Shown here piece after piece: positions 8,453 through 18,738 of a DNA stretch of 41,256 nucleotides; the first letter of the stretch is position 1; each line of letters begins with the position of its first letter. This DNA comes from Verrucomicrobiota bacterium. GTDB taxonomy: Bacteria > Verrucomicrobiota > Verrucomicrobiia > Limisphaerales > SXQI01. The translations under genes were made by a program, and so were the position numbers. The stretch is taken from NCBI GenBank assembly GCA_033762115.1, contig JANRLX010000006.1, forward strand, positions 1 through 41,256, read 5' to 3'. The notes under the pieces were generated by a model that saw only the letters and a list, made by a program, of their open reading frames with translations, ran no database searches and had not been told where the DNA came from.

Positions 8453-9838
8453 ATGAACGAATTTGATCTGGTTGTCATCGGCGCCGGGCCCGGTGGATAT
8501 GTCGCCGCCATCCGCGCCGCCCAGCTTGGGTTGAAAGTTGCCTGCATCGAAAAGGAACCCACCCTCGGCGGCACCTGCCTCCGCATCGGTTGCATTCCCA
8601 GCAAAGCCCTTCTCGAATCCAGTGAACTCTTCGAACAGGCTCGCAAACATTTCAGCCAGCACGGGATCAGGCTTGATGGCACCAAACTCGACCTGCCTGC
8701 CATGCTCAAACGAAAGGAGCAGGTAGTCTCCGCCCTCACAAAAGGGGTCGAGGCGCTGTTGAAGAAAAACAAAATCACCCGTTTTTTCGGGCATGGAAAA
8801 ATCGCCGCTCCCGGCACAGTCCAGGTCCAGTCCAACGAAGGGACCCAGGAACTCCGGACAAAAAAAATCATCATTGCCACCGGCAGCAAACCCAGCACCT
8901 TGCCCGGCGTGCAGTTTAATCACGATAAAATCGGCAGCAGCACCGAAGCGCTTTCCTACCCGGAAGTCCCGCAACACCTGATCGTCATTGGGGCCGGTTA
9001 TATCGGCCTTGAACTCGGTTCTGTCTGGCTCCGTCTCGGTGCCAGAGTCACCGTCATCGAATATCTTGACCGCATCCTCCCCGGGATGGATACCGAAATT
9101 GCCGCCGATGCCCGGAAACTTTTCGAACGCCAGGGCTTCCAGTTCAACCTCGGCAAAAAAGTCAACTCCGCCAAATTCAATGGCACAGAGTGCCTCGTTG
9201 AATGCGAAGGGGAACAGCCACTGGTTGCCGACCGCGTCCTCGTTGCCGTGGGCCGCGTTCCAAACACCGAAAACCTCGGCTTGGAAAATGTTGACATTAC
9301 CCCCGACCCGCGCGGGCGCATCCCCGTCGATGCCCATTTCGCCACCAAGGCTCCCGGCATCCACGCCATTGGCGATGTCATTCCCGGCCCCATGCTCGCG
9401 CACAAAGCCGAGGAGGAAGGAGTCGCCTGTGTCGAGCAAATGGTCAAAGGGTTCGGCCATGTGAATTACGATGTAATCCCCGGCGTCTGCTACACCCACC
9501 CTGAAATTGCCTCAGTGGGGAAAACCGAGGAACAATTGAAGGAAGCTGGCATCCCCTATCGCAAAGGCAGCTTCCCATTCCGCGGCAACGGTCGCGCCCA
9601 CAGCCTCGCCTCACTGGATGGAAAGGTCAAAATCCTGGCTGATGAAAAAACCGACCGCGTCCTGGGCGTTCATATCATCGGCCCACGCGCAGGCGATTTG
9701 ATCGCTGAAGCCGCCGTTGCCATGAACTTTCATGCCAGCAGTGAAGATATCGCCCGCTGCTGCCATGCTCATCCCACATTGCCTGAGGCGCTCAAGGAAG
9801 CAGCCCTCGCCGTCGATGGCCGCGCCATTCACATGTGA
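8453..9838 (+). CDS. lpdA: Dihydrolipoamide dehydrogenase
   Basis: GAGPGGY, GGTCLRIGCIPSK redox disulfide, GAGYIGLE and HAHPTLPE. Confidence 0.98.
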   Translation: MNEFDLVVIGAGPGGYVAAIRAAQLGLKVACIEKEPTLGGTCLRIGCIPSKALLESSELFEQARKHFSQHGIRLDGTKLDLPAMLKRKEQVVSALTKGVEALLKKNKITRFFGHGKIAAPGTVQVQSNEGTQELRTKKIIIATGSKPSTLPGVQFNHDKIGSSTEALSYPEVPQHLIVIGAGYIGLELGSVWLRLGARVTVIEYLDRILPGMDTEIAADARKLFERQGFQFNLGKKVNSAKFNGTECLVECEGEQPLVADRVLVAVGRVPNTENLGLENVDITPDPRGRIPVDAHFATKAPGIHAIGDVIPGPMLAHKAEEEGVACVEQMVKGFGHVNYDVIPGVCYTHPEIASVGKTEEQLKEAGIPYRKGSFPFRGNGRAHSLASLDGKVKILADEKTDRVLGVHIIGPRAGDLIAEAAVAMNFHASSEDIARCCHAHPTLPEALKEAALAVDGRAIHM

Positions 9839-9852
9839 ATGCGGCAGGTTGG

Positions 9853-11199
9853 CTACTCCGCTGCAATCACCACATCACGGTCTGGGTCAAGCTTTCGCAG
9901 CACATGCGCCGCAGTCGAGCGCATGAAAATATCATCCGCTGTCAGGCAACTCTCCAACGCGGTAAACACAAACTGCTTTCTGATCCCGATCTGCCCCAGC
10001 GCCAGCGCCGCCGCTTCACGCAACTCCGTGGATTTGTGTGCCAGAAACGGTTTCAACGCCTCTTCCGCACCCGCCGCATCCGGGCCCAGGTTTCCCAACG
10101 TTAAAATCGCCGAAAGCTGCACCGGTGCCGATGAATGCCTCAACAATTCCATCAACGGTCCCACCGCCGCTTTCCCCATTTTCCCCAGCGCAAAAGCCGA
10201 GCTCGGCAGCGACCGAAACGGCCGCGGCACCTGTTCCCTTTCCAGTGCGCTGATCAATCCCGGGATCGCCCGTGCCGCTTCCGGCCCAAGTTCCGCGATA
10301 AAATATGCCCCCTTCCAGTCTGCTTCCGTGTCCAGGCACTCGATTAATTCCGACAATGCACCCTCATGCCCAGGCTCCAGCAAGCGGATGCTTCGTGCCG
10401 CTTCAAATCGCACCTCGCACGAGTTGTCTCCGAACGCTTCCACCAATGCCCCGCTCGACGTGATATAACCAAGGTTCCCTAATGCCCGTGCCGCTCGCGC
10501 TCGCACCACCGCCTCTTTCGCGCCAAGCGCTTTTAACAACAACTGCTCTGTTCCACTCTCCGGCCCAGCCGCTTCCAACGCCCCAATCGCCTCCACCCGC
10601 ACCCTGGCTGACCGGTCGCGCAATCCTTTCTCCACCACTTCCCGCACTGCCCGCTCTCCGGAATGCCCGGCCAGCAGCCTCACTGAACTGCTCCGCACCT
10701 GCTCATCATAATGGCTTGCTCCCCTCAACAACTCCGCTACAGCCAGCCTTCCCATCCGGCTCAGCGCACTTTCCGCCTCTTTTTGCGCCTCCACATTTTT
10801 CTCCCCCAGGGCTCTCACCAGTTCCCGGCCTGCTCCCGACGCGTTGGTTCCCAATTCAGCCAATGCTTCCAGGGCGTGCAGCTTCAGCAACGTTCGTTCA
10901 GTCGGATTTTTTTCAAAAAACGGAAGATGCCTCCGCGCCCGCTTCAGCCATTCATCACCGGCAAACGGTCGCACCGCCAGATACGGCCTCAGATGTGCCA
11001 CTGCCTCCGGACCGATCATCACCAGCGCTTCCCGACCCTCACGCCTTCTCACATAATCTGTGGACAAGGCATCCTGCACCCACTGCGAAACTGCCTTCCC
11101 CCCATGCGCCCGATCAGGCAGTTCTGCCGGTCGCCATGAAAGGAACAACGCAAAGGTCAGGATCATCACCCCTGCAAGGACGCCCCAGCGCGTTTTCAT
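9853..11199 (-). CDS. HEAT-repeat protein with N-terminal membrane anchor
   Basis: Repeated VR.EAA.ALG.LG / A.PGLI.AL units after an N-terminal hydrophobic segment. Confidence 0.85.
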   Translation of the reverse strand: MKTRWGVLAGVMILTFALFLSWRPAELPDRAHGGKAVSQWVQDALSTDYVRRREGREALVMIGPEAVAHLRPYLAVRPFAGDEWLKRARRHLPFFEKNPTERTLLKLHALEALAELGTNASGAGRELVRALGEKNVEAQKEAESALSRMGRLAVAELLRGASHYDEQVRSSSVRLLAGHSGERAVREVVEKGLRDRSARVRVEAIGALEAAGPESGTEQLLLKALGAKEAVVRARAARALGNLGYITSSGALVEAFGDNSCEVRFEAARSIRLLEPGHEGALSELIECLDTEADWKGAYFIAELGPEAARAIPGLISALEREQVPRPFRSLPSSAFALGKMGKAAVGPLMELLRHSSAPVQLSAILTLGNLGPDAAGAEEALKPFLAHKSTELREAAALALGQIGIRKQFVFTALESCLTADDIFMRSTAAHVLRKLDPDRDVVIAAE

Positions 11200-11220
11200 C
11201 CCTTCACGCTAATCCGTTAT

Positions 11221-11694
11221 TTAATCAATCGCATTAAGAATCGCATCGGTGGGATGCGATTTGAACGCAGCCGGATCAGTGGACATCATCTGGAAATCGC
11301 CTCGCAGGATTTTCAACGCAAACCGTTCCCGATCAATCTCCCTCCGCGTTCTCACTCCAAATCGCCGAAGCAACGGCAACGGTGGGCACCACCCCTTCAC
11401 CGCATGCATCAATAAAAATCCCAGCACCCCTCCTGTCACCAGCAACCATTTCCGGTTCACCGTCATTCCCATCAACAAACCGGCAATCGCAATCGACGAG
11501 GCATTCGTCTCCAGAAATCGTTCAATGTCCCACTCCCGGTCCAGCTCAACAATCCGCCTGGAAATCACCTCGCGCGGCTGGGCCGCGTAATATCGGATGT
11601 TCGCTTCAATCTCCCGGTCAATCTCACGCAACACTTGCGGTTGCGTTCTCGCCCGCACCCGGTCCGCATCAGCGCCTTTGAACTTTAAAGTCAT
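11221..11694 (-). CDS. DUF2892/YgaP-like membrane protein
   Basis: EWDIER, two TM helices and GWCPPLP motif. AGGAG precedes ATG 11694. Confidence 0.75.
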   Translation of the reverse strand: MTLKFKGADADRVRARTQPQVLREIDREIEANIRYYAAQPREVISRRIVELDREWDIERFLETNASSIAIAGLLMGMTVNRKWLLVTGGVLGFLLMHAVKGWCPPLPLLRRFGVRTRREIDRERFALKILRGDFQMMSTDPAAFKSHPTDAILNAID

Positions 11695-11812
11695 GATACT
11701 CCTTTCTCCCCTCATGAGAACCTGCCTTCACTTCCCCCTGTCCGCAAGGTACCCACCCAAAACAATCTCCATCCAACCCATCCACACGGTGCCATTCAAA
11801 AAAAATCATTGT

Positions 11813-11840
11813 GGAAACTATAAATACTGATAAAGTTTCC
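11813..11840. promoter_or_regulatory. Putative TetR operator
   Basis: GGAAACT-N14-AGTTTCC inverted repeat, 6 nt before the tetR ATG and overlapping TTGTGG-N16-TAAAGT. Confidence 0.6.
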
Positions 11841-11846
11841 TTGGTT

Positions 11847-12470
11847 ATGCGCAAACCCGCTCCAACCTCAACCCGTGACACAGCCGCCGACGACCGCACT
11901 CGCATCCTCTCCGGCGCTCAATCCCATTTCCTCACCCACGGTTTCCGCAACGTCACCATGGACGAACTCGCCACCGAACTCGGCATGAGCAAAAAAACTC
12001 TCTATGTGCATTTCCAAAGCAAAACCGAACTGCTCGAGGCCATGCTCGATTTCAAATTGCAGCATCTCCAGTCCGACCTGGAGAAATTGATGGCCATTCC
12101 CGGGATTCCCTTTGCCGAACGTTTGCAACGCTTGCTTTCCGGGATGCGCGCCCACATGGAGGAAATTCAACCCGCCTTCATCCGCGATGTGCAACGAGGC
12201 GACCCCAAACTGTTCCTTCGCATCCAGCAGGCCCGCAAGCGACTGATTCACTCCTGCTTCGGGCAGTTGCTTGAGGAGGGTCGCAAGGCAGGCGCTGTCC
12301 GGGCCGATATTCCCGTCAGGCTCCTGATCGAAATGCTCGTCGGCGCGGTTGATTCCATGGTGCAGCCAGCGCGCATCGATGAACTGGGGATCACGCCAAA
12401 AACTGCTTACGCCCAGATTGTATCCGTATTTTTGGAAGGGGCTCTGGTCAGAAAGGAAATGACAAAATGA
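11847..12470 (+). CDS. TetR/AcrR-family regulator
   Basis: HTH GFRNVTMDELATELGMSKKTLYVHFQSKTEL. Confidence 0.93.
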   Translation: MRKPAPTSTRDTAADDRTRILSGAQSHFLTHGFRNVTMDELATELGMSKKTLYVHFQSKTELLEAMLDFKLQHLQSDLEKLMAIPGIPFAERLQRLLSGMRAHMEEIQPAFIRDVQRGDPKLFLRIQQARKRLIHSCFGQLLEEGRKAGAVRADIPVRLLIEMLVGAVDSMVQPARIDELGITPKTAYAQIVSVFLEGALVRKEMTK

Positions 12471-13423
12471 GGACACGATTACTTTTACTCCTCTCCTTGA
12501 TTCCACTTGCCATCGGGCAGGCAGGCTGCAGGCAGGCGAGGGAGGACCGCCTCCAGGGCTATGTGGAAGCCGAGTTTATCCACGTCTCCTCCCCAATTGC
12601 AGGGGAGTTAAAAGCCCTTCCCCTCCTGCGCGGCATGGAAGTAAAAAAAGGTGCCTTGCTCTTCTCCCTCGAAACCACCTCCGAACTCATCGCACGGGAG
12701 GAAGCCCTTCGGCGACTGGAGGAAGGGCGCGCCAGGCTCGCCGATGCCAAAAAAGGTTTGCGCTCCTCGGAAATCAGGGCCCTCGAAGCCCGCTTGAACC
12801 AGGCCAGGGCCTCGCTCGATTTTTCAGAAAAAGACCTCGCCCGGTTGACCGGTCTGACGCAAGCTCGCGCCGCTTCCGTCCAGGACCTCGACAGGGCACG
12901 CACCGCTCGTGACGAGGACGCCAACCGCGTCGCGCAACTGGAAGCCGAACTGGAAACCGCCCGCTCCGGCTCCCGGGCTGATCTCATCGCCGCAGCCGAA
13001 GCCAACGTCAAGGCACTGGAAGCTGCCTGCGCCCTCGCGGAATGGAACCTCGCCAGGAAAGAACCCAAAGCCGTGGAGGAAGGATTGGTTTTTGACACTC
13101 TCTATGAACCTGGCGAATGGGTCCCCGCAGGGCGCCCGGTCCTTTCTCTCCTCCCCCCCGCCAATATCAAAGTCCGCGCATTTGTCCCGGAAAAGCAGAT
13201 CGCTTCAGTGAAACTCGGCCAAACTGTCCGCGTCACTGTGGATGGACTCCCGCAACCGCTGGAAGGAAAAGTCAGTTTCATCTCTCCCCAGGCCGAGTAC
13301 ACCCCGCCCGTCATTTACAGCCAGGACAGCCGGGAAAAACTGGTCTTCATGATCGAGGTCCGCTTTGAACCCGATCTTGCGCAAAAACTCCATCCCGGCC
13401 AGCCCATCGATCTCCAGCTTTGA
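12467..13423 (+). CDS. HlyD-family periplasmic adaptor (YbhG-like)
   Basis: QGYVEAE, coiled coil, ISPQAEYTPPVIYS and LHPGQP. Confidence 0.9.
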   Translation: MRTRLLLLLSLIPLAIGQAGCRQAREDRLQGYVEAEFIHVSSPIAGELKALPLLRGMEVKKGALLFSLETTSELIAREEALRRLEEGRARLADAKKGLRSSEIRALEARLNQARASLDFSEKDLARLTGLTQARAASVQDLDRARTARDEDANRVAQLEAELETARSGSRADLIAAAEANVKALEAACALAEWNLARKEPKAVEEGLVFDTLYEPGEWVPAGRPVLSLLPPANIKVRAFVPEKQIASVKLGQTVRVTVDGLPQPLEGKVSFISPQAEYTPPVIYSQDSREKLVFMIEVRFEPDLAQKLHPGQPIDLQL

Positions 13424-13439
13424 TCTGCAACTTTAATCT

Positions 13440-14366
13440 ATGAATGGAGAGCTTGCGATCGATGTTCAAGGCATGACCAAACGGTTTGGCGACCGCACCG
13501 TCGTCGATCAGATCGCCCTCCAGGTCCGCACCGGGGAAATTTACGGTTTTCTCGGGCCAAACGGAAGCGGCAAGACAACCTTCATCCGGATGCTCTGCGG
13601 ATTGTTGCGGGCCGATGGCGGCAGTGGCCGCGTCCTGGGCCATGATGTGATCCGGGAAAGCGAATTGATCAAACGCCATGTCGGTTACATGACCCAGAGA
13701 TTCAGCTTTTGGGAAGACCTGACCATCGCCGAAAACCTCCATTTTGTCGCACGAATGTACGATGTGAAAAACCGCCGCGCAATCGTCGCCAAAAGCATCG
13801 AACGGCTCGGTCTGAACGCACGGCAGCATCAGCTTGCCGGACAGCTTTCCGGCGGATGGAAACAACGCCTCGCCCTCGCCGCATGCCTGCTTCATGAACC
13901 CCGGCTCTTGCTTTTGGATGAGCCCACCGCCGGGGTCGATCCCAAGGCCCGTCGCGATTTTTGGGAACAAATCCACCAACTTGCAGCGGAGGGGCTGACC
14001 TTCCTGATCACCACCCACTACATGGATGAAGCCGAACGCTGCCATCGGCTCGCTTACCTCTCCTATGGAAAATTGCTCGCCGATGGAACCGTTGACCAGG
14101 TGATCCGCCAGGCCAGGCTCACCACATGGGCCGTATCCGGACCCAACCTGATCGAACTGGCCAATCAACTCCGCTCACAACCCGGCGTCAAACAGGCAGT
14201 CGCATTCGGCGCCTCCCTGCATGTCAGCAGTGATGACCAGGACGCACTGTCAGCGGCCATCTCCCCATTCCAGCGCCACCCATACGTTTGGACTCCCATA
14301 CAACCGGGGTTGGAGGATGTCTTTATTCACCTGATGGGATCCTCCAGGGACAATTTCGCCACATGA
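13440..14366 (+). CDS. ABC-2 ATP-binding protein
   Basis: GPNGSGKT, LSGGWKQR, LLLLDEPT and TTHYMDE. Confidence 0.95.
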   Translation: MNGELAIDVQGMTKRFGDRTVVDQIALQVRTGEIYGFLGPNGSGKTTFIRMLCGLLRADGGSGRVLGHDVIRESELIKRHVGYMTQRFSFWEDLTIAENLHFVARMYDVKNRRAIVAKSIERLGLNARQHQLAGQLSGGWKQRLALAACLLHEPRLLLLDEPTAGVDPKARRDFWEQIHQLAAEGLTFLITTHYMDEAERCHRLAYLSYGKLLADGTVDQVIRQARLTTWAVSGPNLIELANQLRSQPGVKQAVAFGASLHVSSDDQDALSAAISPFQRHPYVWTPIQPGLEDVFIHLMGSSRDNFAT

Positions 14367-15505
14367 GTTCCCCACGACATTTTTCTCTGAGCCGACTCTT
14401 CGGGATCATCACCAAGGAGTTTACCCAAATGCGGCGTGATCGCCTCACCTTTGCGATGATGCTTGGGATTCCATTGCTGCAATTACTCCTCTTCGGTTAC
14501 GCAATTAATTCAGATCCAAGGCATCTCTCCACCGCTGTCCTCCTTGCTGATTCCGGTCCCCAGGGCCGCACCATCCTTCACGCCATGCAAAACAGCACCT
14601 ACTTCAAATTTGTCCGGCAGGTTCGCTCGGAAACCGAAGGTCGCGATCTCCTCGCCCGTGGCAAGGTTCAGTTCGTCGTGAATATCCCCCAGGATTTCTC
14701 CCGCGAACTCCTGCGCGGCAAACGTCCCGTGCTCCTCGTCGAGGCGGACGCCACCGATCCCGCCGCCACCGGCCCCGCCTTGGGATCCCTCAGCACCCTT
14801 CTCCGGAACGCCTTGCAGAACGACCTCAAAGGTCCCCTCGAATTTCTCAATGGCACTCCCGATCCCGTCGATGTCCGCGTCCATGCCCTTTACAACCCCG
14901 AGAACAACACCCACTTCAACATTGTCCCCGGCCTCATGGGAGTGATCCTCACGATGACAATGATCATGATCACCGGCCTGGCAATCACCCGCGAAAGGGA
15001 ACGCGGCACCATGGAAAACCTCCTCGCCATGCCTACCCGCCCCAGTGAAGTCCTCGTTGGAAAAATCGCCCCTTACATCTTGATCGGTTACATCCAGGTC
15101 GCGGTCATTCTCCTCGCCGCCCGCTTTTTATTCAACGTCCCGATGCATGGCAGCATTCCGTTGCTTCTGGGAGTCGCGCTGGTTTTTATTGCCGCAAACC
15201 TCGCCATGGGCATCACCTTTTCCACCGTCGCCAAAAACCAGCTCCAGGCCATGCAAATGACCTTCTTTGTCTTTCTCCCATCCATCCTCCTCTCCGGCTT
15301 CATGTTCCCCTTTCGCGGCATGCCCGGCTGGGCCCAGCAAATCGGCGAACTCCTCCCTTTGACCCATTTCCTGCGGATTGTCCGTGGAATACTGCTCAAG
15401 GGAAATGGAATCGCCGATGTCTGGGGAGAACTCTGGCCAATCCTCCTCTTCGCCACAATCATGATGATCATCGGCATCAAACGATACCGCCAAACCCTCG
15501 ACTAA
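14363..15505 (+). CDS. ABC-2 permease (YbhS/R-like)
   Basis: QLLLFGYAIN, TRERERGTME and LLSGFMFP. ATG 14363 overlaps the upstream stop. Confidence 0.92.
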   Translation: MSSPRHFSLSRLFGIITKEFTQMRRDRLTFAMMLGIPLLQLLLFGYAINSDPRHLSTAVLLADSGPQGRTILHAMQNSTYFKFVRQVRSETEGRDLLARGKVQFVVNIPQDFSRELLRGKRPVLLVEADATDPAATGPALGSLSTLLRNALQNDLKGPLEFLNGTPDPVDVRVHALYNPENNTHFNIVPGLMGVILTMTMIMITGLAITRERERGTMENLLAMPTRPSEVLVGKIAPYILIGYIQVAVILLAARFLFNVPMHGSIPLLLGVALVFIAANLAMGITFSTVAKNQLQAMQMTFFVFLPSILLSGFMFPFRGMPGWAQQIGELLPLTHFLRIVRGILLKGNGIADVWGELWPILLFATIMMIIGIKRYRQTLD

Positions 15506-15613
15506 ACCCGGGCACCGCTTTTTTTCAGGAGAAACCTCCAACCTTCGGACCTCCATTGGTCCTCAAACGCCACGCCAGACCCCACACTTTGTGTATTCGG
15601 CTAATCCCCTAAA

Positions 15614-15643
15614 TTGACAAGCCGTAACCCGCACGTTTACTGT
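15614..15643 (+). promoter_or_regulatory. Putative sigma70 promoter of glgB
   Basis: TTGACA-N18-TACTGT. Confidence 0.45.
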
Positions 15644-15700
15644 CACTTCAAGCAACTTCCGGAGGGTGCTGCTGCGGTTTTCGGACAACGGGACAACATC

Positions 15701-17896
15701 ATGATTTTAACGACTGAGGAATTGGAAAGCCTGGTTCAGGTCCAGCATCGTTCACCACATCAATTGCTCGGCATGCACCCCCTCGGAGATGGTTCCGGTG
15801 TCGTGGTCCGTGCTCTCATTCCTGATGCGGACGAGGTCGAGATCATCCCCACTCACGAAAAATCGAAACCCTCCATCAAACTTTCCAAAATCCATCCCAC
15901 CGGTCTTTTCGAAGGCATCAGCACAAAAGCCCGGCAGGTCTATGCCTACGACCTCCTCATTCGCACCGGTAGCAACCAGGAACGCCGCACCCGCGATCCC
16001 TACTCCTTTCTCCCCTCCCTCGGCGAGATGGACCTCTACCTCTTCGGCCAGGGCAACGAACATCGCCTCTACGACAAACTCGGCGCCCAATTCCGCGAAA
16101 TGGATGGCGTCCACGGCGTCAGTTTTGCCCTGTGGGCTCCCAATGCCCAGCGCGTCAGCGTCGTGGGAAGCTTTAACCATTGGGATGGCCGATACCATCC
16201 CATGCGCTCCCTCGGCCCCTCCGGCGTGTGGGAACTCTTTATTCCTGGCATCAGGGAAGGCGACCATTACAAATTCGAGATCAGGGAAATCAGCGGCAAC
16301 ATCGCCCTGAAAACAGACCCCTTCGCCGCCTTCTGCGAAGCCCCTCCGAAAAACGCCTCCATCGTCTGGAACACCCGCAAACACCAATGGACCGATCAGG
16401 AATGGATGGAAAGCCGCGCCAAACGCGACCTCCTCAAGTCCCCCATGAGCATCTATGAAGTCCACCTCGGCTCATGGCAGAAGAAAGGCGTCTTCGAAGG
16501 GCCCGGCTACCGCGAACTCGCTGCACAGCTCATCGATTATCTCCAGCGAATGCGCTTCACCCATGTCGAGTTTCTTCCCGTGGCCGAACATGCCTTCTAT
16601 CCCAGCTGGGGCTATCAGGTCACCGGATTCTATGCCCCATCCCATCGCTACGGCACTCCGGATGATTTCCAATACCTCGTCAACGAACTCCACCGCGCCG
16701 GGATCGGTGTCATTGTCGATTGGGTCCCCGCCCATTTCCCTCGTGACACCTGGGCCCTCGCTCAATACGACGGCACCGCCCTTTACGAACATGAAGATCC
16801 CCGCAAAGGCGCTCATCAGGACTGGGGCACCCTCATCTTCAATTACGGCCGTCACGAAGTCCGCAACTTCCTCACCGCCAATGCCCTCTTCTGGTGCGAC
16901 CGCTATCACATCGATGGCCTCCGCGTGGACGCCGTCGCTTCCATGCTTTACCTCGATTACTCCCGCAAGGAAGGTGAATGGATCCCCAACCAGTACGGGG
17001 GACGGGAAAATCTCGAAGCCGTCGAATTCCTTCGTCAAGCCAACCACCTCGTCCACACCCAATTTCCCGGTGTCGCCACCATCGCCGAAGAATCCACCGC
17101 CTGGCCTATGGTTACCCGCCCACCTTACATTGGCGGCCTCGGCTTCAACCTCAAATGGAACATGGGCTGGATGCACGATACCCTCAATTACTTCAAGCGC
17201 AACCCCATCCATCGCAAGTTCCATCAGAACGACCTCACCTTTGCGATGCTTTACCACTTCAACGAAAATTTCGTCCTCCCCCTCTCCCATGATGAAGTGG
17301 TCCATGGCAAAGGCAGCCTCCTCGGGCGCATGCCAGGTGACGATTGGCAACGCTTTGCCAACCTCCGCACCCTCCTCGCCTATCAATGGCTTTTCCCCGG
17401 TAAAAAACTCCTCTTCATGGGATGCGAATTCGGCCAGAGCGCCGAATGGAACGCCAACACCGCCCTCGATTGGTGGCTCCTCGGTGCCCGCCCCTACCAC
17501 AAGGGAGTTCAGCAACTCGTCGCTGACCTCAATAACCTCTACCTCCAGGAACGCGGCCTCTGGGAAAGCGATTACGACCACGCCGGCTTCTATTGGATCG
17601 ATTGCAACGATAGCGAAAGCAGCACCATCTCTTTCGTCAGACAACTGCCGGATGGCTCCGCTGCCCTCGCCGTCATCTTGAACCTCACCCCTGTCCTGAG
17701 AACTAACTATAAAATAGGCCTCCCCAAATCTGGCCGCTGGCAGGAACGCTTAAATACCGATTCAGCCCGCTACGGCGGCAGCAATCAGGGCAACATGGGC
17801 GCGGTCCAAGCCACCGCCACACCTCACCACAACCAGCAATCCTCCGCCATCATTACCCTTCCTCCCCTCGCCATCCTCGTCCTCAAGGCGGAATAA
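15701..17896 (+). CDS. glgB: 1,4-alpha-glucan branching enzyme (GH13)
   Basis: SWGYQ, DWVPAHF, DGLRVDAVASM, IAEEST, KWNMGWMHD and LSHDEVVHGK. Confidence 0.98.
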   Translation: MILTTEELESLVQVQHRSPHQLLGMHPLGDGSGVVVRALIPDADEVEIIPTHEKSKPSIKLSKIHPTGLFEGISTKARQVYAYDLLIRTGSNQERRTRDPYSFLPSLGEMDLYLFGQGNEHRLYDKLGAQFREMDGVHGVSFALWAPNAQRVSVVGSFNHWDGRYHPMRSLGPSGVWELFIPGIREGDHYKFEIREISGNIALKTDPFAAFCEAPPKNASIVWNTRKHQWTDQEWMESRAKRDLLKSPMSIYEVHLGSWQKKGVFEGPGYRELAAQLIDYLQRMRFTHVEFLPVAEHAFYPSWGYQVTGFYAPSHRYGTPDDFQYLVNELHRAGIGVIVDWVPAHFPRDTWALAQYDGTALYEHEDPRKGAHQDWGTLIFNYGRHEVRNFLTANALFWCDRYHIDGLRVDAVASMLYLDYSRKEGEWIPNQYGGRENLEAVEFLRQANHLVHTQFPGVATIAEESTAWPMVTRPPYIGGLGFNLKWNMGWMHDTLNYFKRNPIHRKFHQNDLTFAMLYHFNENFVLPLSHDEVVHGKGSLLGRMPGDDWQRFANLRTLLAYQWLFPGKKLLFMGCEFGQSAEWNANTALDWWLLGARPYHKGVQQLVADLNNLYLQERGLWESDYDHAGFYWIDCNDSESSTISFVRQLPDGSAALAVILNLTPVLRTNYKIGLPKSGRWQERLNTDSARYGGSNQGNMGAVQATATPHHNQQSSAIITLPPLAILVLKAE

Positions 17897-17958
17897 TTCA
17901 CTATACCATTAACAGCGGTATAATGACTATATTGGATCGCTTCCACTGTAGTGGAACG

Positions 17959-18681
17959 CTACTCCAAACTGATTCCCGCCACCAACCCATCCAGGTTCTG
18001 TTTCATTTGCTTGAGCCGGTAAACTCGGTCTTTCGTCGTCTCCCGTTTCTGATGGTCAGGGCAGGGGAGCCGCATAGTGATCGGCACAATCGGGACTTTT
18101 CGCTTCACCGCCCTCCCAAAAAGGTAAGGTCGCCAGCCCCAGCCGAACGGTTCCGGCACTTCATGCAGTTCCGCGGCCAGCCACGCCGGGAACAGGAAAG
18201 GTCCGTAAGTATAATCCGCCTTTATCCCGAGAAGTTCACTTGTCACCTCGTTCGTGAAACGTTCCGCCTTCTGCTGCATTTCCGGGAATGACATGAAACC
18301 CGCGTTGTCCCGCGCCGCCAGGAAAAGACCAGCCCCTTTTTTTGAAGCCATTTTCAGGAAAGGAAGCAACTGCCCCTCAAAGAAAAGTTCCTTGTCCGGC
18401 TCCGTGTAAAAAATCCATTCCCCTTCATTCGCCGCCAGTCTCAGGCTCCTCAACACCTGCCCCACCAGGCCCCCGCTCTCCGGCGGCGATTCCAATTGCA
18501 CTCCCAGCGACCGGACCGATTTCACAAACGTCGCGGGAGAGCCCCCATCCGTGGCGATCACCTTGAAACCGCTGTTCACCAGCAACCGCAGCGACCGCAA
18601 CAGCAGCCGCTCCTCCATTTTCGAGCGCGCCAATGTCATCGTGGCGATCACCATTCTCGGGAATATCTCCTCTGTCACCAC
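17959..18681 (-). CDS. Hypothetical protein, possible GT-A-fold glycosyltransferase
   Basis: VIATDGGS and WIFYTEPDK sit where the GT2 VVDDGS and DxD motifs would be. The start may be 18654. Confidence 0.6.
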   Translation of the reverse strand: MVTEEIFPRMVIATMTLARSKMEERLLLRSLRLLVNSGFKVIATDGGSPATFVKSVRSLGVQLESPPESGGLVGQVLRSLRLAANEGEWIFYTEPDKELFFEGQLLPFLKMASKKGAGLFLAARDNAGFMSFPEMQQKAERFTNEVTSELLGIKADYTYGPFLFPAWLAAELHEVPEPFGWGWRPYLFGRAVKRKVPIVPITMRLPCPDHQKRETTKDRVYRLKQMKQNLDGLVAGISLE

Positions 18682-18738
18682 CTGAGCTTACCCGTCACCA
18701 GCCTCAATACAAGAACCCTCACGTATTCCCGGTACAAA

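Noticed and set aside
6988..9499. Long antisense ORFs over ilvD and lpdA (also 16472-17644 over glgB and 34170-35369 over GH9)
   Set aside because: Shadow frames produced by high GC and codon bias opposite well-supported genes; no recognisable motifs.
17941..17956. TTCCACT-GT-AGTGGAA palindrome between glgB and the convergent ORF
   Set aside because: Two-nt loop and no U tract, so too weak to call as a terminator or operator.
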